From contig CM052816.1 in assembly GCA_028534125.1 (NCBI GenBank), positions 100,690,001 through 100,754,000 on the forward strand: DNA of 64,000 nucleotides, in the 5' to 3' direction. The notes under the pieces are model-generated. The model saw only the letters and a list, made by a program, of their open reading frames with translations. It had not been told where the DNA came from and did not search any database. Below, piece after piece: positions 25,159-38,410 of the stretch. The position numbers and the translations under genes are program-made. The stretch comes from Lama glama (Eukaryota). Within the stretch, counting starts at the first letter, position 1, and each line of letters opens with the position of its first letter.

Positions 25159-28100
25159 ATTGAGTTTCTGTGGTCTCAGTGATTTCAAGTGCTCGTGTTC
25201 AGGAGAATGAGTCCAGCTGTGCTGGGGGTGGGGCGGGGGTTTCTAGGAAATGCCCCCCTGACCTGCCCGCCCACTTTTTGACCTGTTCCGGCGGCCTGGG
25301 CGCTGTCCTGGCCCTGTGGGTGCGCCATGAGGCTCAAGGTCACCTGGAAGGCGACTCTTCCACCATCTCGGTTCTGACCGGTTTGTCCTCAGTTGCTGTG
25401 TCATCCCCTCAGTGGCTGTGCCTGGCTCCTTCCCTCCTGTCTCAGACAGTCCTATTTAATAAAGGGGGGTCTCTGTCCCACTGCCCCATCGGGGGAGTTG
25501 TCCCCAAGGCCAGCTCCACAGGTTCCTGGAGGCCCCGTCCCGTCACTTGCTGTGCTGGGCATCCAGCCACTCTCTCCGGGTCGGATGCTGCTTTCTGGAT
25601 TTTTGCCTCACCCTCTGGAGGCACAGCATCCAGCAATCCTGGGGGTAGGAGGTGTGCAAGGCCTTCTACTGCAACGTTGAACGTTCGAAAGCAATTTTGA
25701 AGCCCACGCTCACATCTGAGAGCTGGGGGGTACACTGAATAACTGAATGAACGTGTGTGTGTAAGTCGCTGTTCCAGGTGGAAGAGTCCCACACGAAAGC
25801 CACGAAAGATTTCAGGGCTCCTGGCCTGCGCTGGTCTTTCCCAGAGAAGAACACTCCAGCCTCTAGCGGCAGGACTGGGACCTGGAGCGGACGCAGCTGG
25901 AACGCATCCCGCCTGCCTCTCGTTTGGAAAGACACATTGCCACACCCTCAGCCGTGCGGACGCCCCGGGGACTCAGCCCCTCTCGGCGGCCCCTCCCGCT
26001 GGTGGGCCTCCCTGCCCCTGCGGAGATCTGTCATCCTCTGCTCTGTACAAGGTGCAAAGGCTCCCCCATTCTCCGCCCTGACCCACCATCCCCAAATCCA
26101 GATCCTCCTGGTGGCCCTGAGTCCTCCTGGGGCCCAGTGACAGCTGGTTCCCCCTCCCCTCCGCCCGGTCAGCTGTGCTTGTCCGTCTACCTCCACCTTC
26201 CAAAGTCTTCCGGACTCACCAGTGAGGTTTTGTCCCCCTTTGGTTACTCTGCCTCGGAAGTCCACGCCCATTCTCTTTCTGGATTTGCTGATGAGAGCTC
26301 TGGAAAGAGGGCATGCAGTGTGTCTGTTCAAAGAAATCCAGTGAACTGAAACACTGATTTATGTTAGGAAGCAAAGATAAGGTCTCTTAAGATACGGGCT
26401 CTCTTCCATTGTGTTCCAACAAAATCAATCCTGTCCGCAAGGAGAGCCTCCAGACAGACGTGGGGAGCAGTCCTGCTCCCTGGGGCACATCCTCCCCTTC
26501 AGCTGCCTTCCTGATACCGTGGGGGGCTGCCAGCGACTGCAGGCATACACAAACACACACACACACGCACGAGCATACAGACACCCGCGTCTCTGATGGA
26601 ACCCCAGGACCCAGCCCTTGCCTCCTGCATGTTGAGGGCGAGACCCGAGGGCACTAACTTCCTTTGAACGTTCACCACGGGTAGGTCTGTTTTTCGGTCA
26701 CTTGAGAGAAAATCTTTGTATCTGAATTTCTTATATGAAGATTTTCACTTTCTTTCTCAGATTTTGCCTACATCCTGGTCCCCCTTCCTCCACATTTGAT
26801 CGCCCGGGTCCCACTGGGGTCTCATCCCCGGTGACCTGTGTGTGTGTGGCTGGCTCACAGCACCCCCTCTCCTGTCCCTGAAGCCGGGTGACTGCAGTTC
26901 TGGAATTTTGCATAATTCCTTCTGTAGTCTCTGGCTCCCCCCATAGACAGGTGCTGCTCCGAGCCCAGAGGCTCTGACCAACGGCAGGTCCCCGGCAGGT
27001 CCCTCTGAGAACGGTGACCCCGGTCCCTCCGGGTGCTTGTCCCTCGCTACGTGCTTAACAGGCCTCAGACCCACCTCTGACAGCTCCGTGCGGATTTTAA
27101 ATGAGCTGTACGTTGCTTCCTTTGATGTGATGAAGACCAAAAAGCTACTTGAAATTCTTACTGCATTTGATTTATTAAAATAGCATGTTAATTTTCAGAC
27201 ATGTGAAAACTACCCAAACCCTTTGTGTTTAATGAACGTTTGTATATATATGTCGAATCTCATGCTCATGATGTTAAATATTAATTCATAAGTGAGACGT
27301 GGTACCTGCAGTGTCACAATGCACTGTATAAGCATTTTAATGCGATTATATTTATTTATATGTAAATGTAACACACTCATATACACATGCACACACACAT
27401 GCACATTTTTTCCCCTTTCGGTGAGAAAGTGAGGAAATCAGTGCTGATATCTGAGAGTTTCGTAGCCCTGAATTTTCAAATTTCTAATTAATTCCTGATT
27501 ACCGTAACTTAACGTCTTCCTCACTCTGTTTTTCCCAAATAATTCATCCACTTAAGACATCTTTAGAAAATGCATTTTTGTAGGCAACACAAAGACCTGA
27601 GCAGGAAGGAGGAAAGGCAGTGTGTGTGCTGATGGAGGTGACAGCATTCGGAGCCATCAAGGCAGCGGGACCAGGTGTCTTTCCTGTGACCCGTCCTCTT
27701 TGGGAGCCTGGGAGGACGGGGTGCCCAGTGACTGACACCTGCTATTCCCCGCCAGGCACTAGACCCTCCATCCCGAGATCTGGTTTAAGACTAAGTGCAG
27801 CGAACGCAATCTTTCCCAGTTATTCTTTGCCCAGCCTGAAATTTTAAAGACACAGAAAACAGAAAACGACACTCTTTGTAAAACCGCCTTTCAACTACTT
27901 TCACTGCTTTATCCTTTATTTAATCAGGGCCAATTTACTGGCCCAGGCTTTAAGCCCTCACTGACGCGACGAGGTCTGCAGTGCAGCAGGGGATGTTTTC
28001 CAGTGCGGTCAAACGTGCTCTCGCAGCAGGTGCTACGAAGACGAAAATTAAATAGCAGTTTGTAAAATAAAAAATAAGTTTCATTGCCCCAAATAATTTT

Positions 28101-28308
28101 AAAAATTACGTTTCTTTCACTGAATCTTCATAAAAGAAAAAGGTGCCACAGCATAAGATTTAAATTAAATGTAAAAGAAGGAACTGCCAGCACCAGGAGA
28201 TATTTGACATTTGAATACGTTACCAAGGGAGGGTGTGAAATTTCTGAAGCTTCAAAGAAAAGAAAATGACACCACAAATTCCATGGGGAAAGTGACCTGG
28301 CGCAGCCC

Positions 28309-28311
<3 letters not shown>

Positions 28312-28344
<33 letters not shown>

Positions 28345-28388
28345 CTGTGTGTGTGTGTATGTATGTATGTGTGTGTGTGTGTGTGTGT
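28312..28388. repeat. (TG)n microsatellite, lightly interrupted
   Basis: Directly visible. Confidence 0.95.
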
Positions 28389-28519
28389 GGTGGGGTGGAC
28401 AGTGGTGCTGGCCGCGGGAAAAATGGCAAAGAGTAAATGCTGCGCTTTTAGGCTGCAGCTGCCCCGAGGAAGTTGTCACTATTCTCAAGTTTGCTCCTGC
28501 ACAACTTGATACTTGGTTT

Positions 28520-29330
28520 CCTCGTGTTCTCCCGCCGTCGCTCCCCTGATCGCGCACCACCCCTGGGAGGCGGGCTGCAACGAGCACGGAGAGCCCGGGG
28601 CGGGGCTCCGGGGAGAGGCCCCGGGAGGGGAGCCCGGCCTCCAGCCCGACCGGGGCGCGTCCCCGCCGCCAGCAGGGGCTTGGGTAGGTGTGCGTGGAAG
28701 CTGCTCTTCGTCTTCTCCAAGCCTAAGGATGAATTTTAAAACTGCACACCGGGGAAAATCAGGAAGATTATCTGGGTAATTGACAAGCAGGTTGCAGACG
28801 GGAAGCGCGCGCATCGTTCATGGAGATGTTCTGCCGCTGCCTGGCTCCGTGTTGACCACTGACCGTAAGCACTGGCACCGGGAGCCTTTTGGCGCGGTTT
28901 CCTACGGTCTTGAGTCTTCGCCGGGGAAGCCGGCCCCACGCCCCCGTTCCGTGGGGGTTAGGGGCTGCCCCGGGCCCAGGACCCCACGCGCCAGCGCCGC
29001 GGAACCCCCGGAGGGCGGGGCCGCTGCTTCCCGAGGCCCCGCCCCCCGCCCCTGCAGGCTTCTCGGGCTGGTCATCGGCCCGCGCAAGGCCCGTGTAGCG
29101 CCATGGACGTGCCGACCCTCCCAGGGGGTGTCTGCTCCGTGAGCGGCAGGAAAGCCAGCCGTGGGCCTGGACGTCAGCACACGGGGCCGGCCTCCTTCCA
29201 TCCACCCCCGTGCACGCTTCCAGCGAGGGTCCGGAGGTCCTGCACGTGACGGCTGGCGCCCGGCCGGTTTCTCCCCGGAACAAGGACCGGTCCCTCCGCA
29301 CCCCGCAGGCTCCTGCTCCCGTTTAGAGAG
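28520..29330. promoter_or_regulatory. CpG island with GC boxes
   Basis: Among the densest CpG/GC stretches in the window by eye; GGGCGG at 29013 and CCGCCC runs at about 29038-29052; no associated exon recognised. Confidence 0.6.
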
Positions 29331-30721
29331 ACCCTTTGACTTGTAATTCCCCTCTGGAGCAGCTGTTTCTTCGACAGGTGTTCTCAAAATCATTAAGTGA
29401 CGGGGAGCGTGCATTACCGAACTCCTGGCGGGCGCCTCCCTAAGGCTCTCCACGCTTACGTGTGTGTCAGCACAGAGCTGAGTGCTCAGAAATGTTGTGC
29501 TATTTATTTTGCAAATTACAGAACGTTCACCACCCCCCACACCCGGCCAGCCCCGAGGAGTGAGGAGAAGGCCGCCCGGCAAACTCTGGTCCCTGCAGAG
29601 GCTCCAGTCAGTGGCCCTGGGAACGGTCAGTAGTGCAGAATGGATTCTTGAGATGTTGATATCCCCAAGAATCATAAAAGAAATTCTTTTGGAGAAAAAT
29701 GATTAGAGAAACTCTGCCTCTGGGAAGAGGAAGTGCATGTATTTTCCCTACGACAAAAATCTCTGTATATTATTGTGAAATAAATGCACAAAGTCTCTGA
29801 AAAGTGGGCCTAGGAGAGACCGGCGAGGAACCTCAGGACAGGACCCACAGCAGGACGGGGGATTAGCTGGTTTCTTCTTGCCTTATGCATCCCAGACCTG
29901 GAGTTGAAGAAGCCAGCAACTCAGAAAGGCCAAGGGGGCAGAAAAAGCTTAAGCGAAGTCTGCTCTTTCCAGCCAGGGGTCAGGAAAGCCTAACAGCACA
30001 GCAACGTTAGACAGCAGCATCTCTGCTCTGGCCAAACGACACTGTGGTCCCACCCAGCCTGGACTTCCACCCTCATGGGCTGTAACAGGACAGCCCACAC
30101 CCTTGCCAGGGGGTGTCAGAGGAGTCCGAGCATGGAGGCTGGCCTCTCACAGACATTCGATGGGAACCAGGACCCCCGCCCAGGGTGATGAGAGGCCGTG
30201 TGGACCTGAACTTCCACCCCAATGGCAGACGTGGGGTTTACCTCCCCTCTCTGTGGGGTGGTGTCACAGAAGGCTAATGGAGGGCCAGGATTTTGGCCCC
30301 TGCCCAGTGATGATGAAGCCACCCACCACGGTGTCAGTGGAAGCCCAGGGGAGTCAGGATCCCTTCCCACCCAGCAGGGCCCATCCTTAGTGTCAAGGGA
30401 GGTCAGTGAGGAGCCTGGACTTCCAGCTCCACCCTTTCCGCTGCTGGACTGGTGCCAGAGGAAGGCAGCTGAGTCAGAAGGTGTGAATAAGACCCAGAGT
30501 GAATATGAAATACGAAAACGTGGAGATTTAAGTTGAAATCACTCATCCTACTCCACACCAGGAAGATCTCAAACTGGATGAAAACTAAAAGGCTTCATCA
30601 CCCCTGGGCAGTGACAAAAGCCCTGAAGCCCGCAGGTGGCACTGCCAGGACGACACAGGTGTTAGAATTATCTGACAAGACTTGACTAAAGTGCTTCTCT
30701 GAGCACAGTTTAGAAAAGAAG

Positions 30722-30860
30722 GTGGGGGGGTGTATCGCAGTGCTAGAGTTTATGCTCAGCATGCACAAGGTCCTGGGTTCAAGCCCCAGTACCTCCATTA
30801 AAAAAAAACAAACTAAATGAATCAACCTAATTACCCTCCCCCCACAAAAAAAATTAAAAA
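30722..30860 (+). mobile_element. Camelid tRNA-derived SINE (vic-1-like)
   Basis: gggggtgtatcgcagtgctagag...gcatgcacaaggtcctgggttcaagccccagtacctcc (A/B boxes), aacctaattaccctcccccc and an A tail; possible TSD aaaagaag 30714-30721 / 30857-30864. Confidence 0.85.
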
Positions 30861-32167
30861 GAAGAAAATGCAAAGTCCCAGCAAAAAAAAAAAAAGACAT
30901 AAAGAAGAACCAAATGGAAATCCTAGAACTAAGAATATAATGACTTTAATGGAAAAAAAATCAATGGCTTCATTAAACATCAATATGGAGGGAACAGAAT
31001 CAGTAAACTGGGAGACAGAACAGTAGGAATTACCCGATTTGAATAACTGAGAGAAAAATAGAAGAATAGTTATCAGAGTCTCGGGGACCGATGAGGCAAA
31101 ATAGAATGTCTAATATGTATGTCATTGGAGTCACGGAAATAGAGGGACTGAAAAATACTCTAAGAAATAACAGCTGAAAGTTTCCCAAATACGGCAAAAG
31201 GCATAAACCCACAGATTCAGGGAACTGAACAACTGCTCCTCAGAATAAACTTCTGACAGAATGAAATCCCCCCAGTTCATATCAGAGCACATCACAGTCA
31301 CGCTTATGAAGGCAGAAGGCAATGAAAAGTTTTGAAACAGGTGAGAGAGAAACATCTTACCTATAAAGGAAACATGATTCAAATCACAGCAGATTTCTGA
31401 ACGGAAGGTGGGGAGGCCTGCACAAGCGATGTAACTTCTTCTGATCAGAAAGGAAGAGCTGCCAGCCCAGACCCTAACCCGTGAGCTACACTTGCAGAGT
31501 GACGGGCAGGTACATCGGGGCACACTCAGACTGGAGGAAAGTGTGCTGCCAGCTGATCTGCCCTGAATGAACAGCCAAAGATAGATTTCTTTAAACAAAT
31601 GAAAATGGAATTCAGAATATCAGGCATAAAGGAAGAAGAGCAGAAAGAATAAAATCATGGGCAAATACAATACATTTTCTTTCTCCTCTTGAGTTTTCCA
31701 AATTGTATTTGGTGATTTAAACAAAACTGTGAACACTGCTTCATTTTATTCTAGATGTATGCATAGGGAATACTTAAGACAATTATATTACAAACAAGGT
31801 TGGCATAATGATGTAAAGAAAGGTAAGTTTCTGTACCTCACTTGAAATGATGAAATGTTACAAGTAGACTGTGATAAATCAAATCTGTGTAATGTAACAC
31901 ATAGAGCACCCACAATGCAAGAGATACGCACACACTATAAACACAGTATAACTGAATTGTAAAAATAATGTTCATGTAGCCCATTGGAAATCAATAAAAG
32001 GAAAGAGAAATGAAAAATAGAAACAAAACTAACTAGAAAACAAAAACTAAAATGGCAGAATTAGTCCCTAACACAGCAACAGATATATTAAATATAAATG
32101 ATCCAAAAATATCAGTTAAAAGTCAAAGATTGCCAGAGTGGATTTAAAAAAAAATAATCTATGTCTG

Positions 32168-32550
32168 AATTATCATAATAAGTGAAGTAAGTCAAACAGA
32201 GAAATACAAGTATCATATGATATCACTTGTATGTGGAATCTAAAAAAAAATACAAATAAACTTATTTACAAAACAGAAACAGACTTACAGACATAGAAAA
32301 CAAACTTATGGTTACCAGGGGGAAAGGGAGGGGAAGGATAAATTAGGAATTTGGGATTTGCAGATACACACTACTTTATGTAAAATAATCATTAAGGTCC
32401 TACTGTAGAGCACAGGAACTACTTTCAATATCTCGTAATAACCAATAATAGAAAAGAATCTATAGATAGATAGATAGAACTGAATCACTTTGTTATACAC
32501 CTGAAACTAACGCAATATTGTAAATCGACTGCACCTCAATTTAAAAAAAT
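32168..32550 (+). mobile_element. Younger cetartiodactyl-type L1 3' end (5'-truncated), nested in the older L1
   Basis: aagtgaagtaagtcaaacagagaaa...tatcatatgatatcactt...acaaacttatggttacca...aactgaatcactttgttatacacctgaaactaac...tcaatttaaaaaaa. Confidence 0.9.
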
Positions 32551-33296
32551 CGATGCCTCAACAAAATGTCGTCTAAAAAAAACTCACTTCAAACACAGCA
32601 ATACAGGCAGGTTGAAAGTCAAGGATGGCTTACTGCCATAGCATCAAAACCCTAGCAATGCTTTTTATAGACATGCACCATGTTAGTCAAAAATCATATG
32701 GAAGTGAAAAGGAACTAGGAGAGGTTTTTTCTTTCTGTTTTTTTTTAACTGAAAAAGAAGAAGAAGCTGGAGTAACCAGTCTAACTGATTCCCAGACTTT
32801 CATCGTCCCGGTGACCCAGGCTGTGGTGTTGTGGGTAGACATCCACAGGGACTGACAGAACGGAGCCGGGAGCCCAGCACAGACCCACACAGATGTGCAC
32901 AACTTATTTTTGGTGAAAGCTTAAAAGTGATTCAACGTAGAAAGGACAGTCTTTCAACAAGCGAGGCCAGGCGCCGTTGGACAAAAAGGGCTTCGAGACG
33001 TCACACTTCAGGGAGAAGTGAACCCACACTATGTCGGTGACTTGAATATAAAATGAGAATGATACAACTTCAGGGAAAAAAATAGTAGAAAATCTCTGGG
33101 GTCTATGGCTAGGAAAACAGATCCCAAACCATGACCCCCAAAGGGGAAAACTTGGTAAACAGGACTTCATCACAATGAAAAACGTGAACCCTATTTAAAA
33201 AAACAGAACTCTGTTAAAAGTGTGAAAGTACAGCCTACAGACTGAGAGAAAATATATGCAAACCATACCGATTATATGAAGAGCACTCCTACCCAG

Positions 33297-33708
33297 GGCG
33301 CCCTGAGTAGGCGTCGAACCACTGGGGTGAGTGGGGCCAGCTGCCAGCACAGCGGGCTGCAGGGTCCAGGTGCCCCAAGTCTTGTGCTGGCTTCGGGGCT
33401 AGGCCCAGCTGTCCTGGTGCTGGTGCTGGCCTGCTGGTGGGAGGGCTGTGTCCTGCCACGGCAGGCTGGGGTCCGCCCACTGGTGGGGGAGGCCGGTCCC
33501 AAGTCTAGAGCAGGCTCACTGTGAGCAGGGACAGGGATTCTGGGGCTGGGGTCCGCCCACTGGTGGGGGAGCTGTGTCCCTGCCTGGTTAGTCGATTGGT
33601 CAGCACTGGTTCCTACAGGCTGGTAGATGGGCAGGGCGGGGTCCTGAAAGAGCTGATAAAGAGGAGGGGTTCCAAAATGACACTTGCCATCACCAGGGTC
33701 CATGTGGA
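33297..33708 (-). mobile_element. Fragment of a cetartiodactyl L1 5'UTR (antisense)
   Basis: Repeated ggctggggtccgcccactggtggggga (33464, 33544), cagcactggttcctacaggctgg and gggttccaaaatgacacttgccatcaccag match the recalled antisense L1 5'UTR of this lineage. Confidence 0.65.
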
Positions 33709-34549
33709 CATCAGCCAAAGATTTCTCCAGGGTTCCAGGGAGACCCTCACCAGCCAAACAGAGAAATGTTGGTCTGCTGAGAAATACAGTCAGAGAGGGC
33801 TCCCCCAGGAGAAGACAGAGCATGGAGAATTTGCTGAACTGTAGCTCCAGAGGCTCCAGGATGCTGTCATCTTGTTCCCTTCAATATCCTCGTCAGTGAA
33901 TTCAATGAAGGTGTGACCTCAGTGAAGGTGAGACCTCACCCTCAGTGACGCGCCTCTGAATCTAATCCCGCTGAAACGTGTTTCCCAGCCGGATATTCAG
34001 CACGGGTTTGTTTTAATCCTTGGCTAACAGAGGACTATCAGCATAATCAAGAGGCCAAGTGACACCCCAGGTCCCAGGGACCCCAAAAGAAGAATGCCGA
34101 CAAGCCAGGGCGCCATTTGAGGGAGGACACCCATGACCACGAGGGTGCAAAGTCCCCTCAACTGAAAAGATCTTACATTGAAAAAATGCCAAACTCCAAT
34201 CACGGGACTGCAGGTTCTGTTTAGGCGTCTTTTTTGGTGGCTCCTCACTTCTCCGGAACAAATGCAATCTCGTGCATCGCAATGAGACAAAAAACTTGAA
34301 CCAGCAGCCCCCGTGGTTTGCACTAGTCATTCTCAAAATGCAAAGACCATCCATCTCATCTTCACAGTTCACTAAAAATGAATGTCCTAAGCTCACCACC
34401 ACCCGCAGAAGTTCTGCTTCAGGAGGCCTGGGAGGGGCCCAGGCGTCCCCCCGACAGCCCCGGCTTCCATGTCGGTGGCCCCAACCCACACGCTGAGACA
34501 CCTCCTGTTAAAAATGTGACCCACAGACACACTCTCACACACACACATT

Positions 34550-34850
34550 TTCATAACTGTAATTCTGCTTTTTTAATGTATTAATCAGGTGGAAACGCTT
34601 TTACAGACCAGCTGACTATGATGTAATTTGTTCAGCCTTTCTTTAATTTTTTATGTGCCCAATTAAAATAGACTGAATTTAGTCTATGCTTTTAGGAATA
34701 AAACTGCAATCATAGCATGGAAAGCCGACATTTTAATTTACATTGAATAAAAAGAATATGTCTTATGATTTCAGATTTTGAATTGACGTCCAAACCGCGC
34801 ATTAGTGAGGCAGCCAGTCACTTGATGTTATGGGTTTTTATCAAGGTGGA
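34550..34850. promoter_or_regulatory. Candidate AT-rich conserved non-coding element
   Basis: Sharp AT-rich island with many TAAT/ATTA cores and a TGACGT half-site; not recognisable as a repeat. Confidence 0.35.
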
Positions 34851-37800
34851 CTCTTAAAAAAAAAAAACACAACACAGGCATCTCCAGCAATGGGTTTGCG
34901 TGCAAAACCGTCCCAAATACGAGAGACAAACACCCAGTGCGTCAGTGGACCCACGACGGCTGCACGACCACTCACTTTTCCACAGAAAGGGGGTCAGTCA
35001 CCTTCGAGCCGGCAGAGTGGCGGGTGAGGCCACAGATTAGCAGAGTGACGGAAGGTGACCACAGCTGGCCATTGAACAAGGCGGGTGAGAGCCGTGTGGG
35101 CCGCGCAGAGGGGCTTTAGCGGTGAACGCAGGAGGCTTGCGGGGCGCAGCCCGAGGCCCCAGGGGACCTGCGCTGAGCTGACGTCGGCGCCCTGGTCCCT
35201 GAGGTGTCCGAGCTCGGCTGGCGTCCACGGCCTCTGTATTAGGAGGAGAAGACGGATGTGGCCACTTCGGAACTGGAACTGTGAAGCCTCAGCCTCTGCC
35301 GCGTTCCCGGCAGGCGCAGAAGCCCCACCTGGACTCCAGTGGAGCGAAGGGTCCACTGCTGGTGTCTGTCCTGTCCTTCGTCTCAGATGGTGCAAAGGCA
35401 AAGGATGGCGAAAATGAAGGGGAGGGGAGGCTGCTCGTACCGCGCTGCTTATTTCCCGGAATAACCCGGGTCAGAAGGGAGAGAAAGCCCCCGTGCGTTC
35501 TGTGCGCCTCCCCCAACAGGCTGAAGGAACCTTCTCTTTGCCACCCGCTGTGTAGATCGTGGAAGAGGCTGCATCTGGAGCCCTCTCTTCTGGCTGGTGA
35601 ATCACCGTCGACTTGGTGAAGCGCCGTCGGTGACCGTGCATTTCTGCCTCACAGCACTTGAGTGTCCTGAGGCCTCCGGGGCCTTTCCTCCTCAGTCACA
35701 GCCGCCTTTTCCCAAAGCTGGACGGATAGCTAGAGGCTGCCTGGGCACCAGCACCTCCTCCCAGGTAAGCCGATGACAGGTGTGAGTCAGCGCCGATGCC
35801 GTGGCCCACGCTTCCCCCTGAGGTGCACAAGAGGTACAGGGGCAGGAGCTGGGTCTCTCGTGGTGCTTTCCTGAACCCCGAATGTTCGAGTCATTTGCCA
35901 GAACCCATAACTTGGTTTTCCCATTACTTTTCCCCAAACAACCGGTGCGATGTGTCAGAACCAGTCATTAAATTCAGCTTTGAGTCCTGTGATGACAGTA
36001 AGTTTAGAAAGCTAAAGCTCTAAACTGTTCTTAGAAACAGTCAACAGTGCATGTACGTAAATTAAAAAAAGTGCAGTATATTGTGTGTATGTGTTTACAT
36101 TCAGTATATTGTCTATGTGCCATCAAATTGTAACAGTTCTACCTAATAAACTGAAAAATGAAATGACGATCCGCTTGGCGTATGCGTGCGCCCCTGCACA
36201 CATACGCGTGCACACGCCTGCCCACGCGCAGATCCCTAGCGACGGGCGCTCTCCCACAGCCAGGCGGGGTTCGCGCCAGGAGACCTCAGCGCCCAGCTCC
36301 CAAGCGGTAGCGCAGGGGAGCAGAGCCCGTGGTTAAACTGGACAAAGCGAAACACTGGGGCTGCAGGATTCCAGAACGTCATGGTGGGAAACCACGTAGG
36401 TTGAATTTTTCCTCTTTTGTTTTCCTGAATCCGTTTGACACCTTATAAGGACAGGAGCTCTGATCCTGGCGACCCCACGCTCTGCGAACAAGTCCCTGGC
36501 AGGCCCTCCCCTGACCAGCATGGGGCCTTGGCCCAGGCATCAGGTTACAAATCCTCTCCCAGTTACTCCACATTCTTATGTCGATGAGCCCCTGGGCTTC
36601 AGAATTGGCTTCCAGGTTCTAATAAACACAGAGCCTCAGCTGTCTGTGCTTTGGATCGTACACAGATTATCAAACCTAATGAGGTTGGACTCTAAAGGGC
36701 GAAATTCGTTAGGACCTCAACGGCGGGTCCAGCAGTAGGCAGCTGCCTCTTAATCCTTTGGGCTAAAAGCACTAAAATTTGAGAAGCCTCAGCTGTGCAC
36801 GTGGAAAAGGCCCAGAGGGTTTCTTAGAAACATCTGCAGGACCTTGCGGTGGAGGACCTGCGGGCCGGGGTCGGGGCCTCGCTCACAGCAGCTCCTATGC
36901 CCACGGATCCGGGGCAGGAGGCTGGGGGCTGCCTCTCCCGCTGCCTCACCTGTGGAAGGAGCACCTGGGCGCGCGCCTCTGGGTCGTCTGCTAGATCTGA
37001 CTTACTGACTGCACCGTTACTTTCTTGACCCGAGAGGCCCCAGGCCTGGTCACACAGGCACAGACGGCCTCTCCCGCTGGGAGCCCTGGGCCGCAGCTCC
37101 TGAGCCGGCCAGGCCACGCTGCTCGGGGGGCTGACCGTCCTGGAGGCGCCCTGGTTTTGACGTGTGGCAGCGATGGGGTGTGAAGGATGGACCCTGCCAG
37201 GCGACTCGAGCAAAGGGCTTGGCGATGAACGACTTGCCGGCTGTGGAGAAAGTGTCTCCAGGAAGAATTCTGACCTGGAACTGACAGGACATCGTGATTG
37301 GTTATTGTCCTAACTGAAAACAAAAGCAGACTCCATCAGCACTGAGGGCCGAGAGCAAGCCTTTTCGGCCACTGAAATGGCATCAAAGCTGCTAAATCAT
37401 TACCTTTCAACTACCTTTGAACTCTTTAGATTCCTGTTAGAATTTGATTTCCCGGTGGCTCAGAAGGAACCCGCCACGTAGCGTGTGTCCAGTAAACGCG
37501 GGTGGGATAGATAAGCCCCAGGCCGCACTGGGTGCTAAAGGGAGGGAGCGCAGGAGGCAAAGACACAGGCCTCGGAGGGAATTAGCCCCGCAAGGGGCCT
37601 GTTACGGAAAAGCCCGCCGTCTAAGCCGCTCCTGGGGCCAAGGCTGTGTTCCGGCCGTCGGCTCCTGGGCTCACGCCTCAGGCTGGCCACCCACGTCCCC
37701 GCCCAGGGAGAGGCTCCTGCTTGGTTTTCACCAAGAACATCTGATGAACAAAGAAATAGACTCCCTTCATTGGGAAAGTAGGCGGGGAGTGGCAGCCTTG

Positions 37801-38149
37801 GAGCTCGGGGCTGCGAGCCGTCCCGCAGGCCTGCAGGTGGGCGAGGGCGGCCCGCAGGGAACAGACCTTCCACCACCCGGAGCCCCCAGCGCCCCTCCAT
37901 CACTGGTAACTGAATTAAAACCTTGAGTCTTAAATACCTGCATACACTCTGCAGCCCTGGGGGCTCAGGCAGGAGTCCGAGCAGCTGGACGACCCGTACA
38001 TAATACGGAGCAGAAAAAAGGACCGGACCTCCTGGAGGTGACAGCCCCGAGGTGGCGCCTGCAGGGCGGGGCGGGCGCGTCCCTGGTGCCGGCTCATTCA
38101 TGTGCTGTATCTCACACGCCTGCTTCCTTTTCGCGGGATGTTCTTCAGC

Positions 38150-38410
38150 GCTAAAGCATATAATTTAGCTTTTCTGAAATCCAAGTCTGAATTAATTACA
38201 GTTCTGCTAAAGGGGGGGAAAAAGATATTAGATGCCCAAGCTAAAATAGAATGAAATCAAGTTTTTTTCTTTCTTTATTAGATTTTAATGGTATTATTAT
38301 AATAATTAAGCTTTTCATTAATTTTTTCACGCTTATTGAGTCAGAGTTCCCTGCAGATTTGAATCATATTTAACGTGTAATTATGGAGGTCCATTTTTAG
38401 AAGGGAATTT
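38150..38410. promoter_or_regulatory. Candidate AT-rich conserved non-coding element
   Basis: Abrupt AT-rich patch (aattaattac, taataattaag, cattaatt, gtaattatgg) between GC-rich flanks. Confidence 0.35.

Larger units (their letters stand above)
29790..33295 (+). mobile_element. Old L1 (L1MC/MD-type) relic: 5' region, ORF1, inter-ORF and internally deleted ORF2
   Basis: ORF1 motifs (aagaaccaaatggaaatcctagaact; tgtcattggagtc; gctgaaagtttcccaaat; cacagattcag), ORF2 start (aaaatggcaga...ttaaatataaatg) and late ORF2 motifs (aaggacagtctttcaacaa; gagaaaatatatgcaaaccata). Confidence 0.85.

Noticed and set aside
30722..30796. tRNA-like A/B boxes (also at 57221)
   Set aside because: SINE heads with A-rich tails and TSDs; no intact cloverleaf, so not tRNA genes.
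33464..33570. 27-bp direct repeats resembling CRISPR repeat-spacer spacing
   Set aside because: Only two copies, mammalian context, no cas genes; explained by the internal repeats of an L1 5'UTR.
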